Shown: positions 1 to 9,687 of the stretch, one piece after another
Layout of the letters: every line of letters starts with the position of its first letter
Position numbering within the stretch: position 1 is the first letter of the stretch
From: Myxococcales bacterium
GTDB taxonomy: Bacteria > Myxococcota_A > Polyangia > Polyangiales > Polyangiaceae
Length of the DNA: 64,000 nt
Direction: 5' to 3'
NCBI GenBank assembly: GCA_043747615.1
Contig: JAYTOU010000080.1
Location: 1 to 64,000, forward strand
Program-made: the position numbers and the translations under genes
Notes under the pieces: model-generated
The model's input: only the letters and a program-made list of their open reading frames with translations
Databases searched by the model: none
Told to the model about the DNA's origin: nothing

Positions 1-145
1 GGTCGCCGCCGTCGCCGCTGACCGCACCGTCGGAGTCGCCGCCGCCATTAGCGGGGTTGAAAACGCTGTCTCCAGCGCCGCCACATGCAAGAGGAAGAGC
101 AGCTGCCGTCACGCAGCTCAGGACCAGGACGAGTGTTAGCCTCAT
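1..145 (-). CDS. Lipoprotein, 5' part only (runs off the window edge)
   Basis: Own translation from ATG 145: MRLTLVLVLSCVTAAALPLACGGAGDSVFNPANGGGDSDGAVSGDGGD; signal peptide, lipobox LAC, Gly/Asp linker. Not in the ORF track. Confidence 0.8.
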   Translation of the reverse strand, partial: MRLTLVLVLSCVTAAALPLACGGAGDSVFNPANGGGDSDGAVSGDGGD

Positions 146-149
146 GATA

Positions 150-176
150 AAACTTTATGTCAGGGCGATAAAGTTT
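150..176. promoter_or_regulatory. AT-rich perfect inverted repeat, putative operator in a divergent promoter region
   Basis: AAACTTTAT(150-158)-N9-ATAAAGTTT(168-176), starting 5 nt upstream of ATG 145. Confidence 0.5.
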
Positions 177-339
177 GGTGGCTTTTGAACCACTATCACT
201 CGGAATAGTAAGAGGTTCGTGCGCCTTTCATGACGGCGCGCCATGCCGCGCCAGATGTCGTTCGCGTGCGCACTTCAGGCGTCGGGCCTGGCGTCAGTGA
301 AGCGCACGGAGGGTCGACTCCACGGTAAGCTTCATCTGC

Positions 340-1809
340 ATGCGGGAAAATTTGCGCGCGTCGCTGCTCGTCGCGCTCATCGCGTTGAGCTCGCCCGTCG
401 GCTGCCGGGGCATCTTCACCTCGGAGGTAGATGCCGGCCCGGCCGTCGTCGGCGCTCGTGACACGAGTCCATCGCGCACACCGCCACCGTTGCGCGCGCC
501 GCATCCACCAACCCCGGCCCTCCCCGATCTGCCGATCATCCAAGCCCACGTTGCACCTGCGCCCGTACCTTTCGGGATCAACGTCGACAATCTGCCGTGC
601 CGCGGCGTGTGGACCGGAGAGGAAGTCCAGCCACTCAACTGTTTGAAGTCCGCGTCACTCTTCGGGCATGGTCAAGACGGCGCCGTGGCTTTGGTGCCCG
701 CTTCGCTCCTCGCGCCGCGGCCCGCGCACTTGCCCGCAATCGTCGACCATCGTCTCGACGGCACCGAGGGGCCCGTGCGAAACCAAGGGGCAGTCCCTGC
801 GTGCACGGCGTTTGCGGCAGCGGCTGCGCTGGATCATGCCGTCTCGCGGTGGACTGGGAAGGCTACCCAACTTTCGGTGATGCAGTTTTGGGCGCGCTAC
901 CACACGCCGTTGGAGAATCGGTCGATCGCCTCGAACCTCGGGCTTCCGCTGAGCGCCGAAGAGAGCTGGCCGTTCAAGGCGACCGAGGCAAGCGCGTGGG
1001 TGGAGTGCGCGCCCGGCACGAAGGGGACGCGCTGCGGCAAGGCCATCGATCCCACGCACGCGAAGCAAGCCGACTCTCGCCCGGCAGCATCGTTCACGCG
1101 CGTCGAGCACCTCCCGTCGATCGAGACCGCGATCCTGAAGGAGCGTCTCGCTGCGGGGCAGGACGTCATCGTGGCCATGCTGGTCACCGACACGTTCGCG
1201 CCCGCCGGCCGCCCTGGCGCGCGCTACATTCCGCATTACACGAAAGCGAGCCCCGACACTGGCCACGCGCTTGTCCTCGCCGGCTACGTCACTCTTCCGC
1301 ACGGCACGTATTTCCTCATGCACAACAGCTGGGGCTCCAACTGGGGAGACGGCGGTTACGCCTGGATTCACGAAGCAACGCTCACCACGTGGGCGCACGA
1401 GGCTCTCGTTCTGGACGCCGAGCCCGCGCAGCCCAGTCCGAACCAGCGGCCAAGGCGCGGACGCGGCGAGACGACCTGCGACGGTGCGCTCGTGCCCGAC
1501 AGCATTCGCGGCACATGCGCCCCAGCGTGCCCCGACACGAGTCCGCGCCACGACGGCGTGTGCCCGATCGCCGGTCAGTGCCCCGTCGGTTACGTCAACC
1601 TCACCGGCGTGTGCGTGCTCGCCGCGCCCAACGAGTCGGGTCGCGACACGGACACGGGGATCGCCTGGGCCTGCGGGCCGGGCGGCTGCGCGTACAGCGT
1701 TCCAAAAGCCTATGACGCTGCGTGCACGGGTGGGACCTGCAAGCTCTCCTGTCCGGCTCCAGATTTTCGTCTCGCCCGCGGAGCTACGGCGCTCACCTGC
1801 GTCGAATGA
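340..1809 (+). CDS. Papain-like (C1 family) cysteine protease lipoprotein with Cys-rich C-terminus
   Basis: Lipobox VGC; catalytic motifs RNQGAVPACTAFA (Q, C), GHALVLAGY (H), HNSWGSNWGDGGY (N). Confidence 0.9.
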   Translation: MRENLRASLLVALIALSSPVGCRGIFTSEVDAGPAVVGARDTSPSRTPPPLRAPHPPTPALPDLPIIQAHVAPAPVPFGINVDNLPCRGVWTGEEVQPLNCLKSASLFGHGQDGAVALVPASLLAPRPAHLPAIVDHRLDGTEGPVRNQGAVPACTAFAAAAALDHAVSRWTGKATQLSVMQFWARYHTPLENRSIASNLGLPLSAEESWPFKATEASAWVECAPGTKGTRCGKAIDPTHAKQADSRPAASFTRVEHLPSIETAILKERLAAGQDVIVAMLVTDTFAPAGRPGARYIPHYTKASPDTGHALVLAGYVTLPHGTYFLMHNSWGSNWGDGGYAWIHEATLTTWAHEALVLDAEPAQPSPNQRPRRGRGETTCDGALVPDSIRGTCAPACPDTSPRHDGVCPIAGQCPVGYVNLTGVCVLAAPNESGRDTDTGIAWACGPGGCAYSVPKAYDAACTGGTCKLSCPAPDFRLARGATALTCVE

Positions 1810-1929
1810 TGAACGTCGTTTAGACCCGGGCGCTCCTCGCGCTCTCGATCGTGGGCGTCTCGATCGCGTCGGCGAACGGCTGCGCCGAGCAGACAGGTCC
1901 AGCTCCGCAGGCGGGCGCGCGCTCCCTGA
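1806..1929 (+). pseudogene. Truncated lipoprotein gene remnant with in-frame TAG
   Basis: ATG 1806 overlaps the protease stop; reads MMNVV*TRALLALSIVGVSIASANGCAEQTGPAPQ (signal peptide plus lipobox, TAG 1821-1823), then meets the convergent gene. Confidence 0.55.
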
Positions 1930-2652
1930 CTACCGGTCGATCATTTTTCGAATGCGCTCGTCGTCGACGTGCGTGTCCCAATTCCAATCGGTGCAGCTGG
2001 CGCCGGGGAGCTCCTCGGCCAGCCTTGCCGCGAACTTGTCGATGGCTTGGTCGACGTTCGCGCCGGAGTAGGTCATGGCGATCACCCCGACCGACCGGTG
2101 GAGTCGGACGGAGAAGAGAGTGGCCGACACTTCGAAGAGGCTGCGATCCGTAGGATGCAAGTCCCTCGCGGGCGGCGCCATTTGCCCCGCGCCCTGGCGT
2201 CCGCCCATGCCTCCCATGTTGCGGGGAGACTGGGCGGGGGCCTGTCGTGGCAATTCGCTCGCGGCGATCGGCTGCGGAGGATGCCCGGCGATCGTGATGA
2301 CGACGATCGCGTCGCCCGTCGCCATGGGCCCGAATTGATCGAGGAGATCGTCCGTGACGCCGTTGGCTCGCGCGTAGTCGTCGACCGCAGACGACAGCGC
2401 GGGCGCGGTACTGACGAGCCTCTCTCCATACGCCACGCCGCAGACGGTGGGCTTGCCGAATGCGCGAGAGAGGCGGGGGCCGATGGCGTCCCAGGACTCG
2501 GGGGTCATCCGCCCGTCCTTGAAGATGCCGAAGACCGAGACCTTCGCGCCGGTCGTCACGAACTCGGGCGCGTGCTTCACGCTGAACTGCGTCCCGTCGT
2601 CAGCGCAGGCCGTCATGATGAGAATACCGATCGAGGCGATCTGCTTGCGCAT
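1930..2652 (-). CDS. Hypothetical lipoprotein
   Basis: MRKQIASIGILIMTAC lipobox; protein-like composition. Confidence 0.8.
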   Translation of the reverse strand: MRKQIASIGILIMTACADDGTQFSVKHAPEFVTTGAKVSVFGIFKDGRMTPESWDAIGPRLSRAFGKPTVCGVAYGERLVSTAPALSSAVDDYARANGVTDDLLDQFGPMATGDAIVVITIAGHPPQPIAASELPRQAPAQSPRNMGGMGGRQGAGQMAPPARDLHPTDRSLFEVSATLFSVRLHRSVGVIAMTYSGANVDQAIDKFAARLAEELPGASCTDWNWDTHVDDERIRKMIDR

Positions 2653-2887
2653 GGCAGATCTTCCCTAGCCGAAAACTCAGCGGGGCCCTCAGATAATCTT
2701 ACGAGCATCGCTGCCGGGTCGACGACCTACAGGCGCCGCGTCATCGCTCAAGAGCCGACGGACGATGGCCCGCGGCGCACGCGATTCCTGGGTGACGGCG
2801 CCGCCGGTCTGAAGGATGCCCTCCGCTGCGGCTACGCGCGGCGCGCGTTTCGTGCTGCGCGGCGGGGGATGGCCCACGATCGGTTCT

Positions 2888-4198
2888 CTACTTTGCGAAC
2901 TTGTTCTTCGTGCCGGCTTTGGGATCGGCGCCGTTCTTCGCCGTGTTCTTGTCGGCAAGCTTCTTTTCGGCGGCGAGCACTTTGGCGTCGACGGGCGCGT
3001 CGGGAGTTGCATCGAGCATCGCGATCGGAGCCACGTCGGCGAACTTGTCTTTGACTCCGCCAGCGCGCACCACGGCTCGTCCATCGGCGCCCCGTGTTCC
3101 GGCAGCGCCCTTCGCACCGCGTGCACCTGCGCGCCCGGTCCTGCCGGACTGCGTGCCCTGTCCGCCGCCGCTGCCGCTGCTACCTGCAGCTCCTGCGTCG
3201 CCACCGTGACCGGCCTCGCCTGCAAGGCCGCCCGAAACGTCGGCGACGATGAGGCTCGCGAGGTCTGGGTATTTGGCGTCGTACACCAATTCGACTGTGC
3301 CGCCAGGGCCGCCGCGTCCGCCGCTTCCGCCCTGACCGCCGGTTGCTCCGTCGCCGCCGTCGCCACCATCTTGATTGGTTTGTCCTGCGCCGCCGGAGCC
3401 GCCTGCGCCGCCCGAGCCTCCGGAGCCAGCCACGCCGCCCGCTCCACCGTTTGCGCGGATCGTGAACGGACGATCGGCGGGGGCGAGGAGGAGGTCTTCT
3501 TTGTCGCCAGTGATCCTCACGGCGATCAGCTTGTCGTAGAACGGCGTCTTCACGAAGGTCACGAACGCCTGGATCCGCGGGCCCGCAGCGCCGTCGCCGC
3601 CGCCTCCTCCGGGGTCGCCCGGTGCTCCGTTACCACCGTTTCTGCCGCCCATCGCCATTTCGCCGGAGCGGCCGCCCAGGCCCGTTTCTCCGCCTTGGCC
3701 CGGCTCGCCGAGCGCGCCCGCCTCTTTGATGCAGGCGTAGTCGGGCTTGTACTTGGCCTTGACGTTGAGCTTGTCGGCGCGGCGCTTGAACACCGTCTGG
3801 ATCTCGAACTCCGTCCCCGCCGTAGCGATCACGTCTTTGTTCGGCGCGAAAAATCCGAATTCATCGAACGCACCTTGCTGGCTTGCAAACCCGAAATCCG
3901 TGAACTCCATCTTGTCGTTCTTGTTCGCGCCCGCGCCGCCTTCATAGGTCTGGAGGGTCTTCGCCTTGCCGTCGCCTTTGAGCATCACCTCGGCGGTGAC
4001 GACCATCTGCACGACTTCCCGTGGGCAGATCGTCTTCTGCGGCTTGCGGATGTCGGCGGCGATCGTCTTCACATCAGCCTCGGAAAGATCCACGGAGTTC
4101 TTGCCAATGAGACTCTTCATGAAACCGCACCCCGTCGCGCTGGAAGCGAGGAGAAGCGCGAAGCCCAAGGTGCTGACGGCAGCAGTGCGATTTCGCAT
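2888..4198 (-). CDS. Lipoprotein with Gly-X-Y / Gly-rich (collagen- or PGRS-like) repeats
   Basis: Lipobox ATGC, globular N-terminal half, three Gly-periodic blocks, Lys-rich tail; AGGA upstream. Confidence 0.85.
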   Translation of the reverse strand: MRNRTAAVSTLGFALLLASSATGCGFMKSLIGKNSVDLSEADVKTIAADIRKPQKTICPREVVQMVVTAEVMLKGDGKAKTLQTYEGGAGANKNDKMEFTDFGFASQQGAFDEFGFFAPNKDVIATAGTEFEIQTVFKRRADKLNVKAKYKPDYACIKEAGALGEPGQGGETGLGGRSGEMAMGGRNGGNGAPGDPGGGGGDGAAGPRIQAFVTFVKTPFYDKLIAVRITGDKEDLLLAPADRPFTIRANGGAGGVAGSGGSGGAGGSGGAGQTNQDGGDGGDGATGGQGGSGGRGGPGGTVELVYDAKYPDLASLIVADVSGGLAGEAGHGGDAGAAGSSGSGGGQGTQSGRTGRAGARGAKGAAGTRGADGRAVVRAGGVKDKFADVAPIAMLDATPDAPVDAKVLAAEKKLADKNTAKNGADPKAGTKNKFAK

Positions 4199-4281
4199 GA
4201 TGTGTCCTACGCCCCCTTACCCGAAACCTTCCTTGGTCGACCTCGGAAGATTGCGTCGCGGGACAAAGTCGCGCTGGCTCG

Positions 4282-4923
4282 TCATCCGTTGCGCAGCGTG
4301 TGAAGCACTTCACAGGCGAAGGGCAGCATCGCCACCGCGACGATCAGCCCGAGGATCAGCACCATGGGCGCAATCTTCGTGAAGGTAGCTGGCGGCGTCA
4401 GGAACCAATCGTCGGTCATGAAGTCGAACACCACTCCGCGCGCGGGCACGTAGGTGACGCACCACATCGCGCCGGCGGCCGCGTAGAGCCCGCTCGAGGC
4501 GAAGAGATTGGCCCACCACGTGAAGGGGTAACGGCCATCGCGGAGAAAAAGGTAGCCGTCGTAGCTCCACGATGCAGACAAGAGCCAGACCACCGCCGCC
4601 ACGAACGCCTGCCGTTTCGGCAAGAGCCCGCGTGCTGCGCGTGCGATCGCGCCGACCGCCCACGGCGCCGTCAGGAAGGTGAGCGTGCTCATGATCGCGC
4701 CGTCGGCGTGATCCCACGTCGGGTCGCCGGTGTAGGGCGCGGCAGTCACGAAGAAGCCCGCAGCAAGGAGGAACGTAACGAGCTTCCACGGCACGAGGAG
4801 CGCGCGCAAATACGCTCGAGAAAATAGTCCATACGCACGCGGCTCGCGCGCTACGAGGGCGATGGCCAAGAGCAACGCCGAGCTCCAGGCGGCGATGTAA
4901 CGGAGGGCGAGCTCGCGCGGCAT
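4282..4923 (-). CDS. Hypothetical integral membrane protein
   Basis: About 6 hydrophobic segments; ATG overlaps the upstream TGA (TGATG). Confidence 0.8.
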   Translation of the reverse strand: MPRELALRYIAAWSSALLLAIALVAREPRAYGLFSRAYLRALLVPWKLVTFLLAAGFFVTAAPYTGDPTWDHADGAIMSTLTFLTAPWAVGAIARAARGLLPKRQAFVAAVVWLLSASWSYDGYLFLRDGRYPFTWWANLFASSGLYAAAGAMWCVTYVPARGVVFDFMTDDWFLTPPATFTKIAPMVLILGLIVAVAMLPFACEVLHTLRNG

Positions 4924-5522
4924 CAGTCGAGGCCGTGCTCGCGCAGCTCGTTGTAGAGCGCGCGCCGACTGATCGCGAGGAGCCGCGCGGCAACGGTGCG
5001 GTTGTTACCGGAGCTCCGGAGCGCTTTCAGGATCGCTTCGCGCTCGGCATCGCCGCGGCGCCGTCGAGAAAGAGCGTGCCCTTGTGGGCGAGCTCTGTGC
5101 GCCCCGGTTTGCGCGCGGCCGCACCCGTGAAGGCGCCCTTCTCGTAACCGAAGAGCTCGCTCTCGAGGAGGCTGTCTGGAAAGGCTGCACAGTGCAACTT
5201 CACGAACGGCTGATCGCGCCGCGGGCTCTCGCGACGGACGGCTCTTGCCACCAGCGCTTTTCCGGTGCCTGTTTCGCCGAGGACGAGCACCGTCGCCGTC
5301 CCAGGTGCCACGCATCACACGGTGGCGAGAGCCTCGCGGACGCCCGGTGAGTCCCCGATGAGATCCGTTCCCACTGGGGCCAGCCGGAACGCGCGACGCC
5401 GCGAGCGCCGAAGAGCTCAGCGCTCTCTTCACGACGAAGAGAATGCCTCCGTGACCGAGCTCGCGCTCGAGGCGAAAACGCCCGACAATGGTCGCTCTGG
5501 TCGAGAGCCCGCCCTTCTCCAC
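4923..5522 (-). pseudogene. Degraded sigma-54-dependent (NtrC-like) regulator joined to a kinase N-terminal fragment
   Basis: Fragments in different frames: IVGRFRLERELGHGG (kinase-like start), LIGDSPGVREALATV*CVAP (TGA 5317-5315), [28 protein letters not shown], then directly a Fis-type HTH (GNNRTVAARLLAISRRALY); the rest of the AAA domain is missing. Confidence 0.85.
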
Positions 5523-5611
5523 GCGGGAGGACTAGCATCTCTGGTAAAGCAACGCTTCCGGTGCCCGCTGCATCGGAGCACCAGCGGACTGCCGCTATGG
5601 AGGATTTTCAC

Positions 5612-6292
5612 ATGAAGCTCGTTCGATTCCTTTCTTTGCCCGTTCTCGCCGCGCCCGTCCTCGCCCTGTTCATCGCCGGTTGCGGGAGCGCGCCGCCCAA
5701 AGTCGTGACCACGACGACCTCCGAGACGCCGGCCACGGAGCCCGCTCCTGTCGCCGCAACCAAACCCCCGGAAGCCGGCATGGGAGCGACAAATCCCGAT
5801 CTGCTCCCACCGATCGCGCCCACCGCGCTCTCCGACGAGCAGATCGCAGCCATCAACAGCGCCGCGAACCGAGGCGAAGTCGATCAGGCGAAGCTCGCCA
5901 CCGAGAAGTCGAAGAACCCGAAGATCAAGAAGTTCGCAGCGATGATGACGGCCCATCACGGCGACGCCAACACCAAGGCAACCGACATGCTCCGCAAGGC
6001 GCACATCACGCCCGAAGAGAGCGTTACGAGCACCCAGATGACGACGGAGTCATCGAAGCTCGTCGAGTCGCTCAAGCCAATGTCCGGGCCTGAGTTCGAT
6101 CGCGCGTACATCGATGCGCAGGTGAAAGAGCACGCTGCCATCCTCGACGCGCTCGACAACAAGATGCTCCCCGCCGTGAAGAACGCGGACCTGAAGAACG
6201 AGCTTACTGCGATGCGCGCGAAGGTCGACGGTCACATGAAAGAAGCGCAGGCTATTCAGAAAAGCCTCCCCACGCCGGTGCCCGCCAAGTAA
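5612..6292 (+). CDS. DUF4142-family lipoprotein
   Basis: GGAGGA RBS; lipobox IAGC; motifs IKKFAAMMTAHH and EFDRAYIDAQVKEH. Confidence 0.85.
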   Translation: MKLVRFLSLPVLAAPVLALFIAGCGSAPPKVVTTTTSETPATEPAPVAATKPPEAGMGATNPDLLPPIAPTALSDEQIAAINSAANRGEVDQAKLATEKSKNPKIKKFAAMMTAHHGDANTKATDMLRKAHITPEESVTSTQMTTESSKLVESLKPMSGPEFDRAYIDAQVKEHAAILDALDNKMLPAVKNADLKNELTAMRAKVDGHMKEAQAIQKSLPTPVPAK

Positions 6293-6343
6293 GTCGGGTG
6301 CCGTTCATCACGCGACGCACTCGTGCGAAGTAATTTAAGACGC

Positions 6344-6877
6344 ATGGATTCTGAAGAACCGGCGACGCATCCGCTCGTCGCCGATCTTCAGGCTCGCGCG
6401 GATCGCAAAACCACCCGGCATCATCGTGCCGTCGACGCAGTCCGCACTCATTTGGGGAGCCCGTTCACCCTCTACGCGGTCTTGTTGTGGAGCGTCTTGT
6501 GGATGCTCGGAAATACCCTGGCGCCGCGCTTCGGAATCACACCCATTGATCCGCCACCGTTCGACTGGCTTCAGGGAGTCGTGGGGATCTCCGCGCTCCT
6601 CCTGACGATCGCGATCGTGAGCGCGCAGAACCACCAGGCCAACGTGATCGCGCAGCGTGAGGATTTCGATCTGAGGCTCAATTTACTGGCCGAACGCAAG
6701 ACCGCGAAGATCATCGAGCTCCTCGAGGAGCTCCGTCGCGACCTTCCGAGCGTGAAAGATCGCCGCGACACGGAGGCCGAGATTCTTCAGCAGCCCGCCG
6801 ATCCGCAGGCGGTGCTCCTCGAGACTCCCGACGAAATCGCGGGTCAAGAAGCACGCGTCGCCAACGAAACTAAATGA
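6344..6877 (+). CDS. DUF1003-family membrane protein
   Basis: DPPPFDWL, SAQN and LNLLAERKTAKII motifs; two TM segments; start chosen from TAATTT 7 nt upstream. Confidence 0.85.
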   Translation: MDSEEPATHPLVADLQARADRKTTRHHRAVDAVRTHLGSPFTLYAVLLWSVLWMLGNTLAPRFGITPIDPPPFDWLQGVVGISALLLTIAIVSAQNHQANVIAQREDFDLRLNLLAERKTAKIIELLEELRRDLPSVKDRRDTEAEILQQPADPQAVLLETPDEIAGQEARVANETK

Positions 6878-7376
6878 GCTTGAGCGAGCCGACGAAGTCG
6901 CGTTTGCCGAGCTCCACGCCGTTGTGCCGGAGGATCGCGTAGGCCGTCGTCAGGTGGAAGTAGAAGTTCGGGAGCGCCATCTCGTTCAGGTAATCCCCGC
7001 CGAGAATGGTTTTGCCTTCGAGGAACGGGAGGCTGACTGCCCGCTTGTCGGCGCCGACGAAGTCCGCTGCGCTGAACGTATCGAGGTACGCGACGCAGGT
7101 GCGAATGCGTGCATGGAGCTCTTCCATCGTCTTCTCGGTGTCGGGATGCGACGGCGGTTCTTTGCCCGTGAGGCGCGCCGCGGTGGTCTTGGCGCCGTCG
7201 CAGGCCGACTGCACCTGCCTGACGAGTGGGTACTGATCGGGCGCGAGACGGGCCGCGACGAGAACGCTGGGGTCGAAGGATTTCTTCGTCGCGAGGGCTT
7301 CGCCGGCGCTGAGCCACGCGTCGAGCTGGTTCAGCATCTTTTTCATCTGGGGCACGGAGGCTTCGTAGAGGGACAT
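6870..7376 (-). CDS. DUF1993-family protein
   Basis: ARLAPDQYPL..QVQ and PNFYFHLTTAYAILRHNGVELGKRDF motifs. Confidence 0.92.
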   Translation of the reverse strand: MSLYEASVPQMKKMLNQLDAWLSAGEALATKKSFDPSVLVAARLAPDQYPLVRQVQSACDGAKTTAARLTGKEPPSHPDTEKTMEELHARIRTCVAYLDTFSAADFVGADKRAVSLPFLEGKTILGGDYLNEMALPNFYFHLTTAYAILRHNGVELGKRDFVGSLKLI

Positions 7377-7432
7377 GGCTGAGATTTACTACGCCGCTTC
7401 AGGAAGGCACCGAAAAAAGATGGCCCCTCGCA

Positions 7433-8410
7433 TCAGTGAGGAGTGAGAACGAGCTTTCCTCTAACCTCGCGGCGGGCCATACGCTCGAGCGCTTCCTGCG
7501 CGCGGTTGAACGGGAGCGTCGCGTCGATGTGCGGGCGTAGCTTTCCTTCGGCCACCCAGTGGAGGATGCGAGCGGCGTTCGCACGGTTTTTCGCGGGGTC
7601 GCGCATTGCGAAGGCGCCCCAGAAGACGCCGACGATCTGACAAGACTTCAAGAGAACCAAGTTGAGCGGGATCTTCGGAATGTCGCCCGCTGCAAAGCCG
7701 ACGACGAGGTAACGACCTTCCCAGGCGATCGCGCGCAGAGCTTGCTCGGAGTACGTGCCACCGACGGGATCGTAGATCACGTTCGCGCCTGCTCCGCCGG
7801 TCAGGGCCTTCGTGCGGTCCTTGAGATCTTCGCGCGCGTAGCAGATCCCCTCGTCGGCACCGTGCTGCTTGCAAAAGGCGATTTTTTCGTCGCTCGACGC
7901 GGCCGCGATCACCCGCGCGCCGAGGAGCTTGCCAAGCTCGATGGCCGCCGTGCCCACGCCCCCTGCGGCTCCGAGGACGAGAAGCGTTTCGCCTTTCTGA
8001 AGCGCCGCACGATCGACCAGAGCGTAGAGCGTCGTCGCGTAGGTGAGGAGCGTTGCCGCGCCTACTTCGAAGCTCACCTCGTCGGGCAGCTTCATCGTCG
8101 CCATCTCGGGAGCAACGACGCGCTCCGCGAACGCGCCGTTGAGGAGCGACACCGCCACGCGATCCCCAGGCACAACCGAGGAGACGCCCGCGCCGACCGC
8201 CGTCACCACGCCCGCGGCTTCTCCGCCCGGGCTGAAGGGCAGCTCGGGCTTGAACTGGTACTTGCCGTACGTGAGGAGGACGTCGGGAAAGTTTACCCCC
8301 GCGGCGCGGACGTCGACGAGCACCTCTCCTGCTCCGACGACGGGCTCCGGTAGCTCGTCGATTCGGAGACCTGAGGGCCCGCTGTGATCATGGCAACGAA
8401 CGGCTCGCAT
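7433..8410 (-). CDS. NADPH:quinone oxidoreductase (zeta-crystallin-like MDR family)
   Basis: GVNFPD, PFSPGGE, LVLGAAGGVG, VYDPVGG-like motifs. Confidence 0.93.
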   Translation of the reverse strand: MRAVRCHDHSGPSGLRIDELPEPVVGAGEVLVDVRAAGVNFPDVLLTYGKYQFKPELPFSPGGEAAGVVTAVGAGVSSVVPGDRVAVSLLNGAFAERVVAPEMATMKLPDEVSFEVGAATLLTYATTLYALVDRAALQKGETLLVLGAAGGVGTAAIELGKLLGARVIAAASSDEKIAFCKQHGADEGICYAREDLKDRTKALTGGAGANVIYDPVGGTYSEQALRAIAWEGRYLVVGFAAGDIPKIPLNLVLLKSCQIVGVFWGAFAMRDPAKNRANAARILHWVAEGKLRPHIDATLPFNRAQEALERMARREVRGKLVLTPH

Positions 8411-8804
8411 GCTTCCCTGGTACCACGTCTTCGCGGCCGACCCAGAGCGCCCAGGCGATGAACACGATCTGGAACGGCAAGCGCAGCCAGAGCAAGGCGA
8501 TCGGGACGTGCGAGGCCGCTGGCTGAATGTCGTTCAGAGCCATATTGAGGTTCGCCGGAAACACTGCGAAGTAGAGCGCGATGAGCCCGAGCGAGGCTGG
8601 TCGACGCGCGACGGGCACGAGCAGACCGACTCCGCCGAGGATCTCGAACACGCCGCTCACGATCACGAGAGCGAGCGGCGCTGGGAGAAAATGCGGGACG
8701 ATTTTTAGGAATCCGTCGGGCTTCACGAGGTGCAGCATGCCCACGCTGATCATCACCGCGGCGAGGATGACGCGAAACGTTCCACGCAAGGGGGGCGCCT
8801 TCAC
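8388..8804 (-). CDS. DoxX-like membrane protein
   Basis: HLVKPDGF, SGVFEILGG, VFPAN, RLPFQ motifs; GTG 8804 chosen from TACGCT 6 nt upstream (ORF extends to 8858). Confidence 0.85.
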   Translation of the reverse strand: MKAPPLRGTFRVILAAVMISVGMLHLVKPDGFLKIVPHFLPAPLALVIVSGVFEILGGVGLLVPVARRPASLGLIALYFAVFPANLNMALNDIQPAASHVPIALLWLRLPFQIVFIAWALWVGREDVVPGKHASRSLP

Positions 8805-8923
8805 CCGGTCAGCGTATAGCACTCTCTTTCCCGCTCCGAGTTTCAGGCGGGCATACAATCAAAGCTCGGCGTGTGGTGAGCTACCTGTCGTCTCCCTCGG
8901 CCGACACGTGCTGAAGCCGCTGG

Positions 8924-9613
8924 TCAGGGGAGCGTGAGCTGCAACGCGGCCACGGCGCTCGCCGCTGCGATCGGGATCGTGAAGTTGTCGTCGAGGCGCG
9001 TCGACCAGAGCTCCGCGAGCGCGCCCACCGTCGCACCCCCGAAGGCGAGGATTACGATCGAGGACACCGGAAGCACCGAAGTGAGCGAGAGCCAACCAAA
9101 CGCGGCGAGCGCGCCGATCACCAGGAAGGTGAGCGTCCCTTCGAGCGAGCGCTTCGCGCGGAGCGGAATGCGCCCGAACCTTCGACCGATGAAGCCCGCA
9201 GCGGGATCCGCCAAGGCCAAGATGAGAACGCCGAGCTCCGCCGCCTGCGAGGTAGCAAAGACCGCGAGGATGAGGAGCGCAGTCACGTACCAGGTCGACG
9301 AGTTCACGCGGTGACGCTCCTCGGCGTGCGCAACAGGCCCGAACAAACGCATCATGCGGTCGTTGGCCGTGACGCTGAAGCGCCTCGCCGTTTCGATCGA
9401 CCACGCCGCGATGACGAACGCCGCAGCCACGGCGATGAGCCAGGGGCGGCTAGGTATGAGCCGGATCATGGCGATAGAGACGGCGCCCGACGCCACGTGA
9501 AAGATGCTCCGCACGTAGTTGCCGGGCCGCGTAGCCACCGGCTGCGTAAGCCTCGACAGGGCCGAAACGTCGGCAAAAGGCAGCGCGGTCGAGTCGTCGG
9601 CAGGCTGGGTCAC
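8924..9613 (-). CDS. Polyprenol/diacylglycerol kinase-like (cytidylyltransferase family) membrane protein
   Basis: RSIFH, ADPAAGFIGRRFG, KRSLEG, LDDNFTIP motifs. Confidence 0.85.
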   Translation of the reverse strand: MTQPADDSTALPFADVSALSRLTQPVATRPGNYVRSIFHVASGAVSIAMIRLIPSRPWLIAVAAAFVIAAWSIETARRFSVTANDRMMRLFGPVAHAEERHRVNSSTWYVTALLILAVFATSQAAELGVLILALADPAAGFIGRRFGRIPLRAKRSLEGTLTFLVIGALAAFGWLSLTSVLPVSSIVILAFGGATVGALAELWSTRLDDNFTIPIAAASAVAALQLTLP

Positions 9614-9687
9614 GTATGAGAATGTAGCCGTCCCCGGTCGGCCGATTATCAGGCGTTCGTCATTTCCAGACCAGCTAAGGTAGCCCC

